From Flavobacteriales bacterium (GTDB taxonomy: Bacteria; Bacteroidota; Bacteroidia; Flavobacteriales; UBA7430), in assembly GCA_022425195.1 (NCBI GenBank), contig JAKMFX010000027.1:1511-65510 (forward strand): DNA of 64,000 bases, in the 5' to 3' direction. The notes beneath the pieces were generated by a model. The model had not been told where the DNA came from, ran no database searches, and saw nothing but the letters and a program-made list of their open reading frames with translations. Shown here piece after piece: positions 53,488-61,650 of the stretch; position 1 is the first letter of the stretch; each line of letters opens with the position of its first letter. The position numbers and the translations under genes are program-made.

Positions 53488-53606
53488 TTAAGAATTTGTT
53501 TGTGGAGTTTCTACCTCTGCTACGCCCGGACAACTAGCTGTAATACAACATGATTGAACTGAAACAGCCATAACAAACAAAGCGATGATGAATAAAATCT
53601 TTTTCA
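53488..53606 (-). other. ytxJ leader containing two overlapping small ORFs (possibly a frameshift-split lipoprotein-like peptide)
   Basis: ATG 53606 opens MKKILFIIACLLWLFQFNHVVLQLVVRA, with its stop at 53520-53522. The adjacent frame reads ...LFVMAVSVQSCCITASCPGVAEVETPQTNS. That frame ends at TAA 53488-53490, which directly abuts the ytxJ ATG (TAAATG). Confidence 0.3.
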
Positions 53607-53627
53607 TAGTATACGTTTTATTAAGTT

Positions 53628-53635
53628 GCAAAAAT
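53628..53635 (-). promoter_or_regulatory. Candidate -7 box TATTTTTG for the small-ORF/ytxJ transcript
   Basis: Exact TAnnTTTG 21 nt upstream of ATG 53606. Confidence 0.4.
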
Positions 53636-53732
53636 ACTAAAAATTAACCCATGAAATACATTGTAAAATGACTCCACAGTGTTAAACATAAGTAAATGTT
53701 ATTGATTTATACTGTTCAAACATTAAATCCCT

Positions 53733-53740
53733 TATTTTTG
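53733..53740 (+). promoter_or_regulatory. Candidate -7 box TATTTTTG, 4 nt upstream of the ung ATG (leaderless geometry)
   Basis: Exact TAnnTTTG. The sequence reads TATTTTTG-ATTC-ATG. Confidence 0.35.
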
Positions 53741-53744
53741 ATTC

Positions 53745-54446
53745 ATGCTTGATGACATAACCAATTCTTGGAAAATCCATTTGAAGGGCGAATTCGAGAA
53801 AGACTATTTCAAAAAACTTACAGCACTTGTAGAGAGGGAAAGAACTGTGCACACTATTTTCCCTCCCGAAAAACTAACTTTTGCTGCGCTCAACAAAACC
53901 GAACTTGAAGAAACCAAAGTAGTGATCATAGGTCAAGATCCGTACCACAATCATGGACAAGCAAATGGTTTAAGTTTTTCAGTAGCCAAAGGCATGAAGC
54001 TCCCTCCTTCGCTAAAAAACATATTCAAAGAATGGCAAAGTGATACAAATTCTTCCATTCCTAGCAGTGGTGATTTAAATGCCTGGGCAGAACAAGGGGT
54101 TTTACTCCTGAATGCAACGCTAACAGTGAGAGCTCATGAACCTGGCTCACATCAAAAAAAAGGATGGGAAACATTCACGGATAAAATCATTGAACTGATT
54201 TCCGAAAACTGCAAACATGTGGTGTTCATCCTTTGGGGAAATTTTGCTCAAAAAAAAATAACCCTCATTGATGAGAAAAAACATTTCATCATCAAATCTG
54301 TTCACCCATCACCTTTTTCAGCTCGAAATGGATTCTTTGGTTCCAAACCTTTTTCAAAATGCAATGAATACTTAACTTCGGTGAACAAAAAAAACATCGA
54401 TTGGAATTTAATTGACGAGGGTCAGCAATTGTCAATCCTAGATTAG
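53745..54446 (+). CDS. ung: Uracil-DNA glycosylase (family 1)
   Basis: GQDPYH water-activating loop and the HPSPFSA leucine-loop region. Confidence 0.95.
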   Translation: MLDDITNSWKIHLKGEFEKDYFKKLTALVERERTVHTIFPPEKLTFAALNKTELEETKVVIIGQDPYHNHGQANGLSFSVAKGMKLPPSLKNIFKEWQSDTNSSIPSSGDLNAWAEQGVLLLNATLTVRAHEPGSHQKKGWETFTDKIIELISENCKHVVFILWGNFAQKKITLIDEKKHFIIKSVHPSPFSARNGFFGSKPFSKCNEYLTSVNKKNIDWNLIDEGQQLSILD

Positions 54447-54467
54447 ATATTTGAACAAAAGATAATT

Positions 54468-55790
54468 ATGGAAATACTCTATTTACTCATCGGACTGCTT
54501 ACGGGGGCTAGTATTGGTGTTTTATACAGCAAAAACAAAGCGTCAAAAAACAGCAGTCCAACAGACCTCATCAATTTCGTCTCCAAAGACCTTTACGACT
54601 CTGAAAAAGAACGATCTGAAAAAGTAGAATTAACAAATCGCGATCAAGAAGAGCGAATCGGAAATTTAAAAGCAGACGTTTCTTCAAAAAACACCCTCAT
54701 TGAAACTTTACAATTAAAAATTGAAGAAGAGCGTAAGCGTCTGGTTGAGCAACAAGAACATTTGCAAACGCAGTTCGAAAATAGGGCCAATCAAATTTTA
54801 GAAAAGAAGTCCGAAAAGTTTGCTGAGCAAAATCAAAAGAGCATTGATCAAATTTTAAAACCCCTGGGTGAGAAAATAAAAAGTTTTGAAAAAAGTGTAA
54901 ACGACAAATACGAAAAAGACCAAACCAGCAGAGCAGGGCTTGCCACACAAATAAAAATGCTACAAGAGGCCAATCAAAAAATCAGTCAGGAAGCTCTAAA
55001 CCTCACAAACGCATTAAAAGGAGACTCCAAAATTCAAGGCGACTGGGGCGAGTTACAACTGGAGGTGCTTTTAGAGAAGTCTGGATTGAACAAAGGAATC
55101 CACTTTCGAACACAAAACTCAATGAAAGACGAAGAGGGGAATGAGAAACGCCCTGACTGCATCATAGATTTACCCGATAACAAGAATTTAATTATTGACT
55201 CCAAAGTCTCGCTAACCGCATATGAGAGGTACGTAAATGCTGCGGATGACCTACAACAGCAAGCCCATCTAAAACAACACCTTGAGAGTCTAAAAAAGCA
55301 CATCAAGGATTTGGCCAGTAAAGACTACCCTAACTTATACAGTATCAATGCACCAGACTACGTATTGATGTTTATTCCCGTTGAGGCTGCGCTCAGCACG
55401 GCACTTCAAGAAGATCCCGAGATCTTCAATCTTGGCCTCAATAAAAACATTATTTTGGTGAGCACCTCTACCCTAATGGCTACTATGCGAACCGTTTCTT
55501 TCATCTGGCAACAAGAAAATCAAAAGAAAAATGTACTTGAAATTGCCCGTCAGTCCGGTGCTTTGTATGAAAAGTTTATTGGCTTCACCTCAGATCTAGA
55601 AGGGGTAGGGAAAGCAATTGAGCAAGCCAATAAAAAATACGAGGCCGCACAGAATAAACTGGTAAACGGTCGTGGGAATTTGATAAAAAGCGTCGAAAAG
55701 ATAAAAAAATTAGGCGCCAAAACGAATAAAAGTATTTCTCAAGATTTACTCGACAAATCGGACATGGAATACTTGCCCGAAGGTGAATAG
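54468..55790 (+). CDS. rmuC: DNA recombination protein RmuC
   Basis: N-terminal TM segment, a long coiled coil, and a C-terminal nuclease-like domain (PDCIIDLP...IIDSK). Confidence 0.88.
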   Translation: MEILYLLIGLLTGASIGVLYSKNKASKNSSPTDLINFVSKDLYDSEKERSEKVELTNRDQEERIGNLKADVSSKNTLIETLQLKIEEERKRLVEQQEHLQTQFENRANQILEKKSEKFAEQNQKSIDQILKPLGEKIKSFEKSVNDKYEKDQTSRAGLATQIKMLQEANQKISQEALNLTNALKGDSKIQGDWGELQLEVLLEKSGLNKGIHFRTQNSMKDEEGNEKRPDCIIDLPDNKNLIIDSKVSLTAYERYVNAADDLQQQAHLKQHLESLKKHIKDLASKDYPNLYSINAPDYVLMFIPVEAALSTALQEDPEIFNLGLNKNIILVSTSTLMATMRTVSFIWQQENQKKNVLEIARQSGALYEKFIGFTSDLEGVGKAIEQANKKYEAAQNKLVNGRGNLIKSVEKIKKLGAKTNKSISQDLLDKSDMEYLPEGE

Positions 55791-55793
55791 TTG

Positions 55794-55801
55794 TATTTTT
55801 G
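55794..55801 (+). promoter_or_regulatory. Candidate -7 box TATTTTTG, 6 nt upstream of the rlmB ATG
   Basis: Exact TAnnTTTG. A TTG lies 18 nt upstream (55773-55775). The box overlaps the TTG-extended ORF-track start, which I rejected. Confidence 0.35.
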
Positions 55802-55807
55802 CCTGCT

Positions 55808-56566
55808 ATGAAGAAAGATCGTTTACAGAAAAGTTTGGAAATCTTCGGCCTACAAGCCGTTATAGATGCCGTCCACGAAGGGAAAGAGTTTGACAAGATT
55901 TTCATGGAGAAAGGCCTGAATACGGGTTTAGCCATGGAGCTGAGAGCGCTTTTAAAGGAACATCACATCATGTTTAAAGCCGTTCCAATTGAAAAGCTGA
56001 ACCGACTTACCCCTAAGGATCACCAAGGTGTTTTTGCATTTGTATCTCCTGTAAACTTCTATCAATTAGGTGATGTATTGATGCAAACTTATGAAGATGG
56101 AAAATCTCCGATTTTTTTAATGCTCGACCGAATTACCGATGTGCGTAACTTTGGAGCGATTGCTCGAACGGCCGAATCCTGTGGGGTGAACGCAATCATA
56201 TTACCTAAAGTAGGGGGTGCCCAGTTAAATTCTGACGCCATGAAAACTTCTACCGGGGCATTAATGCACATCCCCATCTGTAGGGAACAAAATCTTCATC
56301 ACAGTCTGAAATACTTAAAAAAGAGCGGACTCAAAGTAATCGCTTGTACCGAAAAATCGGACACGAATCTTTACGATGTTCCTTTTGTGGATCCTGTGGT
56401 CATTGTTATGGGCTCTGAGGAAGATGGTATTTCTGAGGAAATCTTGGAGCTAGCTGACGCCAGAACACGTATCCCTATGTTTGGAAAAACAGAGTCTCTT
56501 AATGTTTCGGTAGCCAGTGCTGTCATTCTCTACGAGGCTATACGTCAGAGACAACTGGAAGATTAA
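55808..56566 (+). CDS. rlmB: SpoU/TrmH-family 23S rRNA 2'-O-ribose methyltransferase (RlmB-like)
   Basis: N-terminal substrate-binding domain plus SpoU motifs (GAIARTA, VMGSEEDGIS, ESLNVSVA). Confidence 0.88.
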   Translation: MKKDRLQKSLEIFGLQAVIDAVHEGKEFDKIFMEKGLNTGLAMELRALLKEHHIMFKAVPIEKLNRLTPKDHQGVFAFVSPVNFYQLGDVLMQTYEDGKSPIFLMLDRITDVRNFGAIARTAESCGVNAIILPKVGGAQLNSDAMKTSTGALMHIPICREQNLHHSLKYLKKSGLKVIACTEKSDTNLYDVPFVDPVVIVMGSEEDGISEEILELADARTRIPMFGKTESLNVSVASAVILYEAIRQRQLED

Positions 56567-57639
56567 CCCCAAGTATTTTCTTGATAGAAATAGTTAGGAC
56601 TATGGGTTACATCTTCCATTTCTGTATGAAACACTTGCGTCGTTGAGCCCGAAGTTGGAGGTACAATCCAAGACCAATCTGCAGTCACATCTCTTCCTTC
56701 TTTAGCTTCCTGACGCATAAACTGCATAAACTGTTTTGATGCAGAATGATGATCGATGATTTTAACGCCTGCTTTTCGGAAAGAATATAGAACAGCCTGA
56801 TTCAATTCTACCAAAGCACGGTCCTTCCACAAGGAATTTTTATCTCTTATGTCCAAGCCCATTTGTTTTGCCACAACTGGCAATAGGTTATATCGATCCT
56901 CATCAGCAAGATTGCGAGATCCTATTTCTGTTCCCATATACCATCCGTTAAATGGTGAGGCCATGAATTCAATACCACCAACCTCTAGAGTCATGTTCGA
57001 TATGATGGGCGTAGAATACCATTTTAGCTTTAAATCACTAATGGCTTTTATGTTCGGATGTTCAATGGACACTAAGGTGATTATGTCATCTGGGATTTCC
57101 TTCCATGCGGGAGCTTCCCCTTCCTTCTTGATGACAATAGGCAACAGATCAAAAGCACCATTCTTAGGCGCCCAACCCAGCTTAACGCACTCTTTTGTGA
57201 ACCTAAGATGCTTAGGGTCGCCAATAATAGAGCCATCTTCCTGTTCGTAAGCAGCAAAACCTAAAAGTTGTGGATTCATGATTCGAATGCCTTTGTGAGC
57301 ATTAAAAACGCTGATGGTAGATCGAATATTCCCTCCATTGTAGGCAAAGTCAATATGCTCAAATAGGGCCGTAAATATAGCCTCCATTGAATCTACAGAA
57401 CGCTGATCCATGACCTCCATAGATCGCCAAAAAAGGCGACCAATACATTTATTGGAGTTCCGCCACGCTACCTTGGTTCCATAATCCAATTCAAAATCTA
57501 AAAGCTCATACATTCCTCGGTCACGAATGGATTGTTCAACTTCTTCCCAGCGCTTATCAAACAAATCTTGTTTGTTCAATTCGCGATAACACAAGGTTAA
57601 ATATGATTTTGCTTTTTCTCTGAGGGTCGGTTCTGTCAT
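56563..57639 (-). CDS. nos: Nitric-oxide synthase oxygenase (stand-alone bacterial NOS)
   Basis: Heme-thiolate loop AWRNSNKCIGRLFW with Cys65 (codon 57445-57447), GWYMGTEIGSRNL and WIVPPTSGS. 358 aa with no reductase domain. Confidence 0.88.
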   Translation of the reverse strand: MTEPTLREKAKSYLTLCYRELNKQDLFDKRWEEVEQSIRDRGMYELLDFELDYGTKVAWRNSNKCIGRLFWRSMEVMDQRSVDSMEAIFTALFEHIDFAYNGGNIRSTISVFNAHKGIRIMNPQLLGFAAYEQEDGSIIGDPKHLRFTKECVKLGWAPKNGAFDLLPIVIKKEGEAPAWKEIPDDIITLVSIEHPNIKAISDLKLKWYSTPIISNMTLEVGGIEFMASPFNGWYMGTEIGSRNLADEDRYNLLPVVAKQMGLDIRDKNSLWKDRALVELNQAVLYSFRKAGVKIIDHHSASKQFMQFMRQEAKEGRDVTADWSWIVPPTSGSTTQVFHTEMEDVTHSPNYFYQENTWG

Positions 57640-57720
57640 TACTGAGTAAAAATATAAATTTTAAGACTTCAAGATCGTACAAAGGGATAAAACAAAGTAC
57701 TCACTAGCAATCATTCGTCA

Positions 57721-59559
57721 TTAAAGTTTAGCCAAATCAGGATGATTTTTAAAAATCTCATCCACACGCTTCTCTACCTGATCATCTAAAATTAATGGTG
57801 GAGCATGGTGAGGTTTTATACGAGTGTCAATCATCAAACTCCCTTTACAAGCCCAGTGTTTTTTGTGCGTATACGAGTCTATCCCATAGATGTCATGTGA
57901 TGGATTTGCTCGAGTAAAAGTAGTCCACAGGAAATTACTATACGTTTCTGAGACAAAGTCAGCATCGTCACACATCAATAACAAAGGCAGGGAATCCATC
58001 TGATCACCAAGTATTTCTTTGATCGCTATTGACCATTTAGCCATTTCCTTTTCAGCACTTTCATAGGACTCAAAAGCACTACACGAAAGGGCCAAAATCC
58101 CTGGCGCCACTAACTTCCCTTTTGTAACTCCCTCAGGGAATTCAACTTTGGCTTGAAAATCATCCAAGAGATCTCTTCGCTTATCTCCAGCAGCAGCCAC
58201 AACAACTTTGGACCCCGTATTTAATCCTTCTCCAGAATAGTCTAGTGTATCCATGCTCGTTTTGGTGTAGAAATGTAAATCTCTTTCCCAATCCACGCGT
58301 TCGAGAATATGGTGTAAAAAGGCACTTTCTTCGTGAATATTCAAATCTTTATTGTCCTCTTCGGCAGCGATAAATAAAAACTTTGCCAAAGACATCTGTC
58401 CAAAGCCCAAAATATGATTGGCCTGAGTTAAAATTTCTGCAGGCTCTCGATGCTTTACATAAGGCGTGTAGCGTTCAGAACCGATGGCAAAAAGCAAAGG
58501 ATGTACTCCTGATGCATCAACGGCATGTACAGCTTTAACGCCAGGCAACTCGAGCTTAACGGTCTCTCCGGCCAACTCGTGAATCATTGCCCCAAAACTC
58601 GTATCCTCTTGCGGAGGTCTCCCCACAACAGTAAATGGCCATATGGCTTCTTTTTTATGATATACCTTGTGAACTTTCATCAATGGAAAGTCATGCGTCA
58701 AGCTGTAATACCCTAGATGATCCCCAAAAGGACCTTCTGGCTTCACGTCATGTGGCATCACTTCTCCGGTAATCACAAAGTCTGCATCCGCGCAAACAGT
58801 ATATCCATCTTCGACAAAATAACGCATTCGCTTACCTCCTAACATTCCTGCAAAAGCGAATTCAGGAAGGCCTTCAGGCAAAGGCATAACGGCAGAAAAA
58901 CTTAGCGATGGTGGACCTCCAACAAATATACTTACCTTAAGAGGTAAGCCTTTGGCGTTTGCCTTGGATTGATGTACACCAATACCTCTATGAATTTGGT
59001 AATGGAGTCCGATTTCTTCGTTTTGTATAAAATCATTTCCACCCAACTGAATACGATACATACCCATATTGGACTTCATCCATCCAGGTTGATCTGCATC
59101 TTCAGTGTACACAATGGGAAGAGTTACGTAGGGACCCCCATCGTTTTTCCAACATGTAATCTGCGGAAGTTTATCAATAGTAGTCTCTACCAAACCAGCG
59201 CTGCGCTTTGAAATTTTTCTTGGCAATGCATTCAGCAGATGTTTGGGTGTAGAGAAATATTTTGTTGGGTTTTTAAGCGCCAGAATAGGATCCTTTTTAA
59301 GCAGGGCTATACGTTGTACCATATCCATGGTATCTCTGAATAAAAACTTGGAGCGATTTACATCACCAAAAAGATTTGATAAGGCACGAAACTCGCAGCC
59401 CTTTATCTTTTCAAAAAGAATAGCAGGAGCGCCTTTTTCATAGGCTCTTAGTTGTATAGAAGACATCTCCAGATAAGGATCTACTTCTTCCTTAATTCGA
59501 ATGAGTTGTCCTGTTTTATCGAGATCTCGAATACATGCTTCTAAACTTTTGTAACCCAT
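57721..59559 (-). CDS. UbiD-family decarboxylase (menaquinone/ubiquinone-type prenylated-FMN decarboxylase, long form)
   Basis: 612 aa. UbiD-like N-terminus (…LIRIKEEVDPYLEMSSI…GAPAILFEKIKG) and core (YRIQL…, GGPP). Confidence 0.8.
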   Translation of the reverse strand: MGYKSLEACIRDLDKTGQLIRIKEEVDPYLEMSSIQLRAYEKGAPAILFEKIKGCEFRALSNLFGDVNRSKFLFRDTMDMVQRIALLKKDPILALKNPTKYFSTPKHLLNALPRKISKRSAGLVETTIDKLPQITCWKNDGGPYVTLPIVYTEDADQPGWMKSNMGMYRIQLGGNDFIQNEEIGLHYQIHRGIGVHQSKANAKGLPLKVSIFVGGPPSLSFSAVMPLPEGLPEFAFAGMLGGKRMRYFVEDGYTVCADADFVITGEVMPHDVKPEGPFGDHLGYYSLTHDFPLMKVHKVYHKKEAIWPFTVVGRPPQEDTSFGAMIHELAGETVKLELPGVKAVHAVDASGVHPLLFAIGSERYTPYVKHREPAEILTQANHILGFGQMSLAKFLFIAAEEDNKDLNIHEESAFLHHILERVDWERDLHFYTKTSMDTLDYSGEGLNTGSKVVVAAAGDKRRDLLDDFQAKVEFPEGVTKGKLVAPGILALSCSAFESYESAEKEMAKWSIAIKEILGDQMDSLPLLLMCDDADFVSETYSNFLWTTFTRANPSHDIYGIDSYTHKKHWACKGSLMIDTRIKPHHAPPLILDDQVEKRVDEIFKNHPDLAKL

Positions 59560-59761
59560 AATAAAGATAATATCAAAGATGAGTACTGGTCAAAACAGTC
59601 AAAAAGCGTTTGAAGCTTTAGCACTGTAAAGACATTAATTCAAACAACTAAACTTATAAATATTGAGCTTTTCACTCACGACGCTTACAACTCGCGCATC
59701 TATTCAACAACAGCTTATGATCTTTGATCATAAATCTCCGAAACCTAATGAGTGCCTTTGG

Positions 59762-60880
59762 CTATTGAAACATTTCTTTAACTCTGTCAAAGAATGATTT
59801 ATCATTCTTGTCAGGGTCAGGATTAAAATTACTCTCATCTCTATTGGCCTCAAAGAATTTTCTTTGGTCCTTATCAAGAGATTGTGGCGTCCATACATTT
59901 ACGTGGATTAACAAATCTCCAGTACCATAACTCTCAACACTCGGAAGTCCTTTCCCTCTTAGCCTTAAGAGCTTTCCCGATTGAATTCCTGGCTCTAACT
60001 TAATCTTTACTTTAGAGGATAGGGTTTGTATTTCAGGGTTTGCCCCCAAAACAGCGTCGGGATAACTGATGAATAAATCGTGGTGTAAATTCTTACCATC
60101 TCTTTTGAGAGATTCATGAGGAATTTCTTCAATGAGTACGATGAGGTCTCCAGCAATACCGTCTAGGGGAGCGTAATTTCCTTTACCTGAAACGGACAAC
60201 TGCATACCATCTTCAACACCCGCAGGTATTTTAATGCTTACCGTATCATCTTTGTGAATCATCCCATTGGCATCAGAACCAGCAGGTCGATTGTCTATAA
60301 TCCTTCCTGCGCCATTACAGGCAGGACATGTTGAAGAGGTTTGCATTCTTCCCAAAGGCGTGTTTACAATCTGTACCGTTTGACCAGAGCCATTACAATG
60401 TGTACATGTCTTGTGAGTAACACCCTCGGCATTGATGAGTCTTTTGACTTTGATTTTTTTCTCTACACCATTGGCAATTTCGTCTAAAGTAAGTTTCACA
60501 CGAACTCTCAGATTTGAGCCTCTAGATCTTCGACGACCTCCACGAGAGCCACCAAAGCCACCACCGAAGGCCGACCCGAAAATGTCACCAAACTGACTAA
60601 AGATGTCATCCATGTTCATTCCGCCACCGCCAAATCCGCCACCGAATCCACCGCCCTCAAGACCTGCATGACCGTACTGGTCGTAACGAGCTCTCTTGTC
60701 GGGATTGTTGAGGACTTCGTAGGCCTCGGCCGCTTCTTTAAATTTGGCCTCAGCACCTTTGTCATCCGGATTTTTATCCGGGTGATACTTAATCGCTAGT
60801 TTGCGATACGATTTTTTAAGCTCTTTGTCAGTAGCACCTTTGCCGACTCCCAATACTTCGTAATAATCTCTTTTAGCCAT
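59762..60880 (-). CDS. dnaJ: Molecular chaperone DnaJ (only two of four CxxCxGxG motifs)
   Basis: J domain with HPD, a G/F region, CTHCNGSG and CPACNGAG only, and C-terminal beta domains. Confidence 0.95.
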   Translation of the reverse strand: MAKRDYYEVLGVGKGATDKELKKSYRKLAIKYHPDKNPDDKGAEAKFKEAAEAYEVLNNPDKRARYDQYGHAGLEGGGFGGGFGGGGMNMDDIFSQFGDIFGSAFGGGFGGSRGGRRRSRGSNLRVRVKLTLDEIANGVEKKIKVKRLINAEGVTHKTCTHCNGSGQTVQIVNTPLGRMQTSSTCPACNGAGRIIDNRPAGSDANGMIHKDDTVSIKIPAGVEDGMQLSVSGKGNYAPLDGIAGDLIVLIEEIPHESLKRDGKNLHHDLFISYPDAVLGANPEIQTLSSKVKIKLEPGIQSGKLLRLRGKGLPSVESYGTGDLLIHVNVWTPQSLDKDQRKFFEANRDESNFNPDPDKNDKSFFDRVKEMFQ

Positions 60881-60889
60881 GGTTATTGG

Positions 60890-61450
60890 TTACTGCCCGA
60901 CGACAACTTTCGCGTAGCGTATTACTTTATCATTTAACATATATCCTTTCTCAGTCTGATCAATTACCTTTCCTTTCAGCTCATCAGATGGGGCTGGAAT
61001 TTGAGTGATTGCTTCATGAAAATCAGTATCAAAATCTGATCCAATGGATGACTCCATCTCTTTCAAACCTTTTTGCTCAAGAATACCTACAAGCTTGGAA
61101 TGAATCAGGTCAATTCCTTGGGTCAAGGCCTCAGCATCTTGGTCATCATCTCGATGTTTTGCCGCACGGTCAAAATCATCCAAAACTGGGAGCATGGACT
61201 CAAAAAATTCCAAACCTGCATTTCTGAACAAATCAATTCGTTCTTTCGCCGTTCTTTTCTTAAAGTTTTCGAACTCGGCGAACATCCTCAATTGTTTATT
61301 CTTTAATTCAGCAACTTCGCTCTCCAACTGCTCCTCTCTACTCAGCTCAATAACAGGCTCTTTTTCAACCGATTGATCTTCAGAAGCCTCAAGGGTTTCA
61401 TTTGAATCTTGTACTTCTTCTTGTTCTTTTTTAAGCTCTTTCTCTGGCAT
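60890..61450 (-). CDS. grpE: Nucleotide exchange factor GrpE
   Basis: Acidic N-terminus, a coiled coil with FENFKKR, and a C-terminal beta domain. 9 nt upstream of dnaJ. Confidence 0.95.
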   Translation of the reverse strand: MPEKELKKEQEEVQDSNETLEASEDQSVEKEPVIELSREEQLESEVAELKNKQLRMFAEFENFKKRTAKERIDLFRNAGLEFFESMLPVLDDFDRAAKHRDDDQDAEALTQGIDLIHSKLVGILEQKGLKEMESSIGSDFDTDFHEAITQIPAPSDELKGKVIDQTEKGYMLNDKVIRYAKVVVGQ

Positions 61451-61480
61451 CTTTATCGTATTAAAATGTAGAACATACTA

Positions 61481-61497
61481 AGCAAATTGTTTGCCAA
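61481..61497 (-). promoter_or_regulatory. Sigma-54-type -24/-12 element TTGGCAAACAATTTGCT upstream of grpE
   Basis: On the minus strand, GG and GC are separated by 10 nt (TGGCAA-N5-TTGCT against consensus TGGCAC-N5-TTGCW). The GC lies about 32 nt upstream of ATG 61450. Confidence 0.45.
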
Positions 61498-61598
61498 TAG
61501 CCTTCTTCTGACATTATGACGCAAAAATAACGAAATTCAGGCAGAATTGACGGGTTTTTGTTGCTTGAAATAGGAAAACTGAAAGGATGTCTTTTCGA

Positions 61599-61623
61599 CA
61601 AAAAAAACCTCATCAAAGAGGTG
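61599..61623 (-). terminator. Probable terminator after the thioredoxin-like gene 61651..62229
   Basis: Minus strand reads ACCTC-TTTGAT-GAGGT followed by a run of 8 T. The stem is short. Confidence 0.5.
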
Positions 61624-61650
61624 TTTATTAAAGACTACATGATGTCCAAA

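Noticed and set aside
56849-57250. 133-aa plus-strand ORF antisense to the NOS gene. Similar cases are 40636..41019 in proS, and 51755..52063 and 51912..52217 in gap.
   Set aside because: They are embedded in strongly supported genes on the other strand and have no recognisable motifs.
59640-59740. 19-codon minus-strand ORF (MIKDHKLLLNRCASCKRRE) in the dnaJ/UbiD spacer.
   Set aside because: It is very short, has no promoter box or conservation evidence, and starts inside the palindrome. It is most likely chance.
61451-61650. A CIRCE/HrcA operator, or an ordinary -7 promoter (TATTTTTG at 61529-61522), for grpE.
   Set aside because: No TTAGCACTC-N9-GAGTGCTAA-like repeat is present. The -7 box is exact but lacks a -33 element and sits 71 nt upstream. 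It is kept only as a weaker alternative to the sigma-54-type element.
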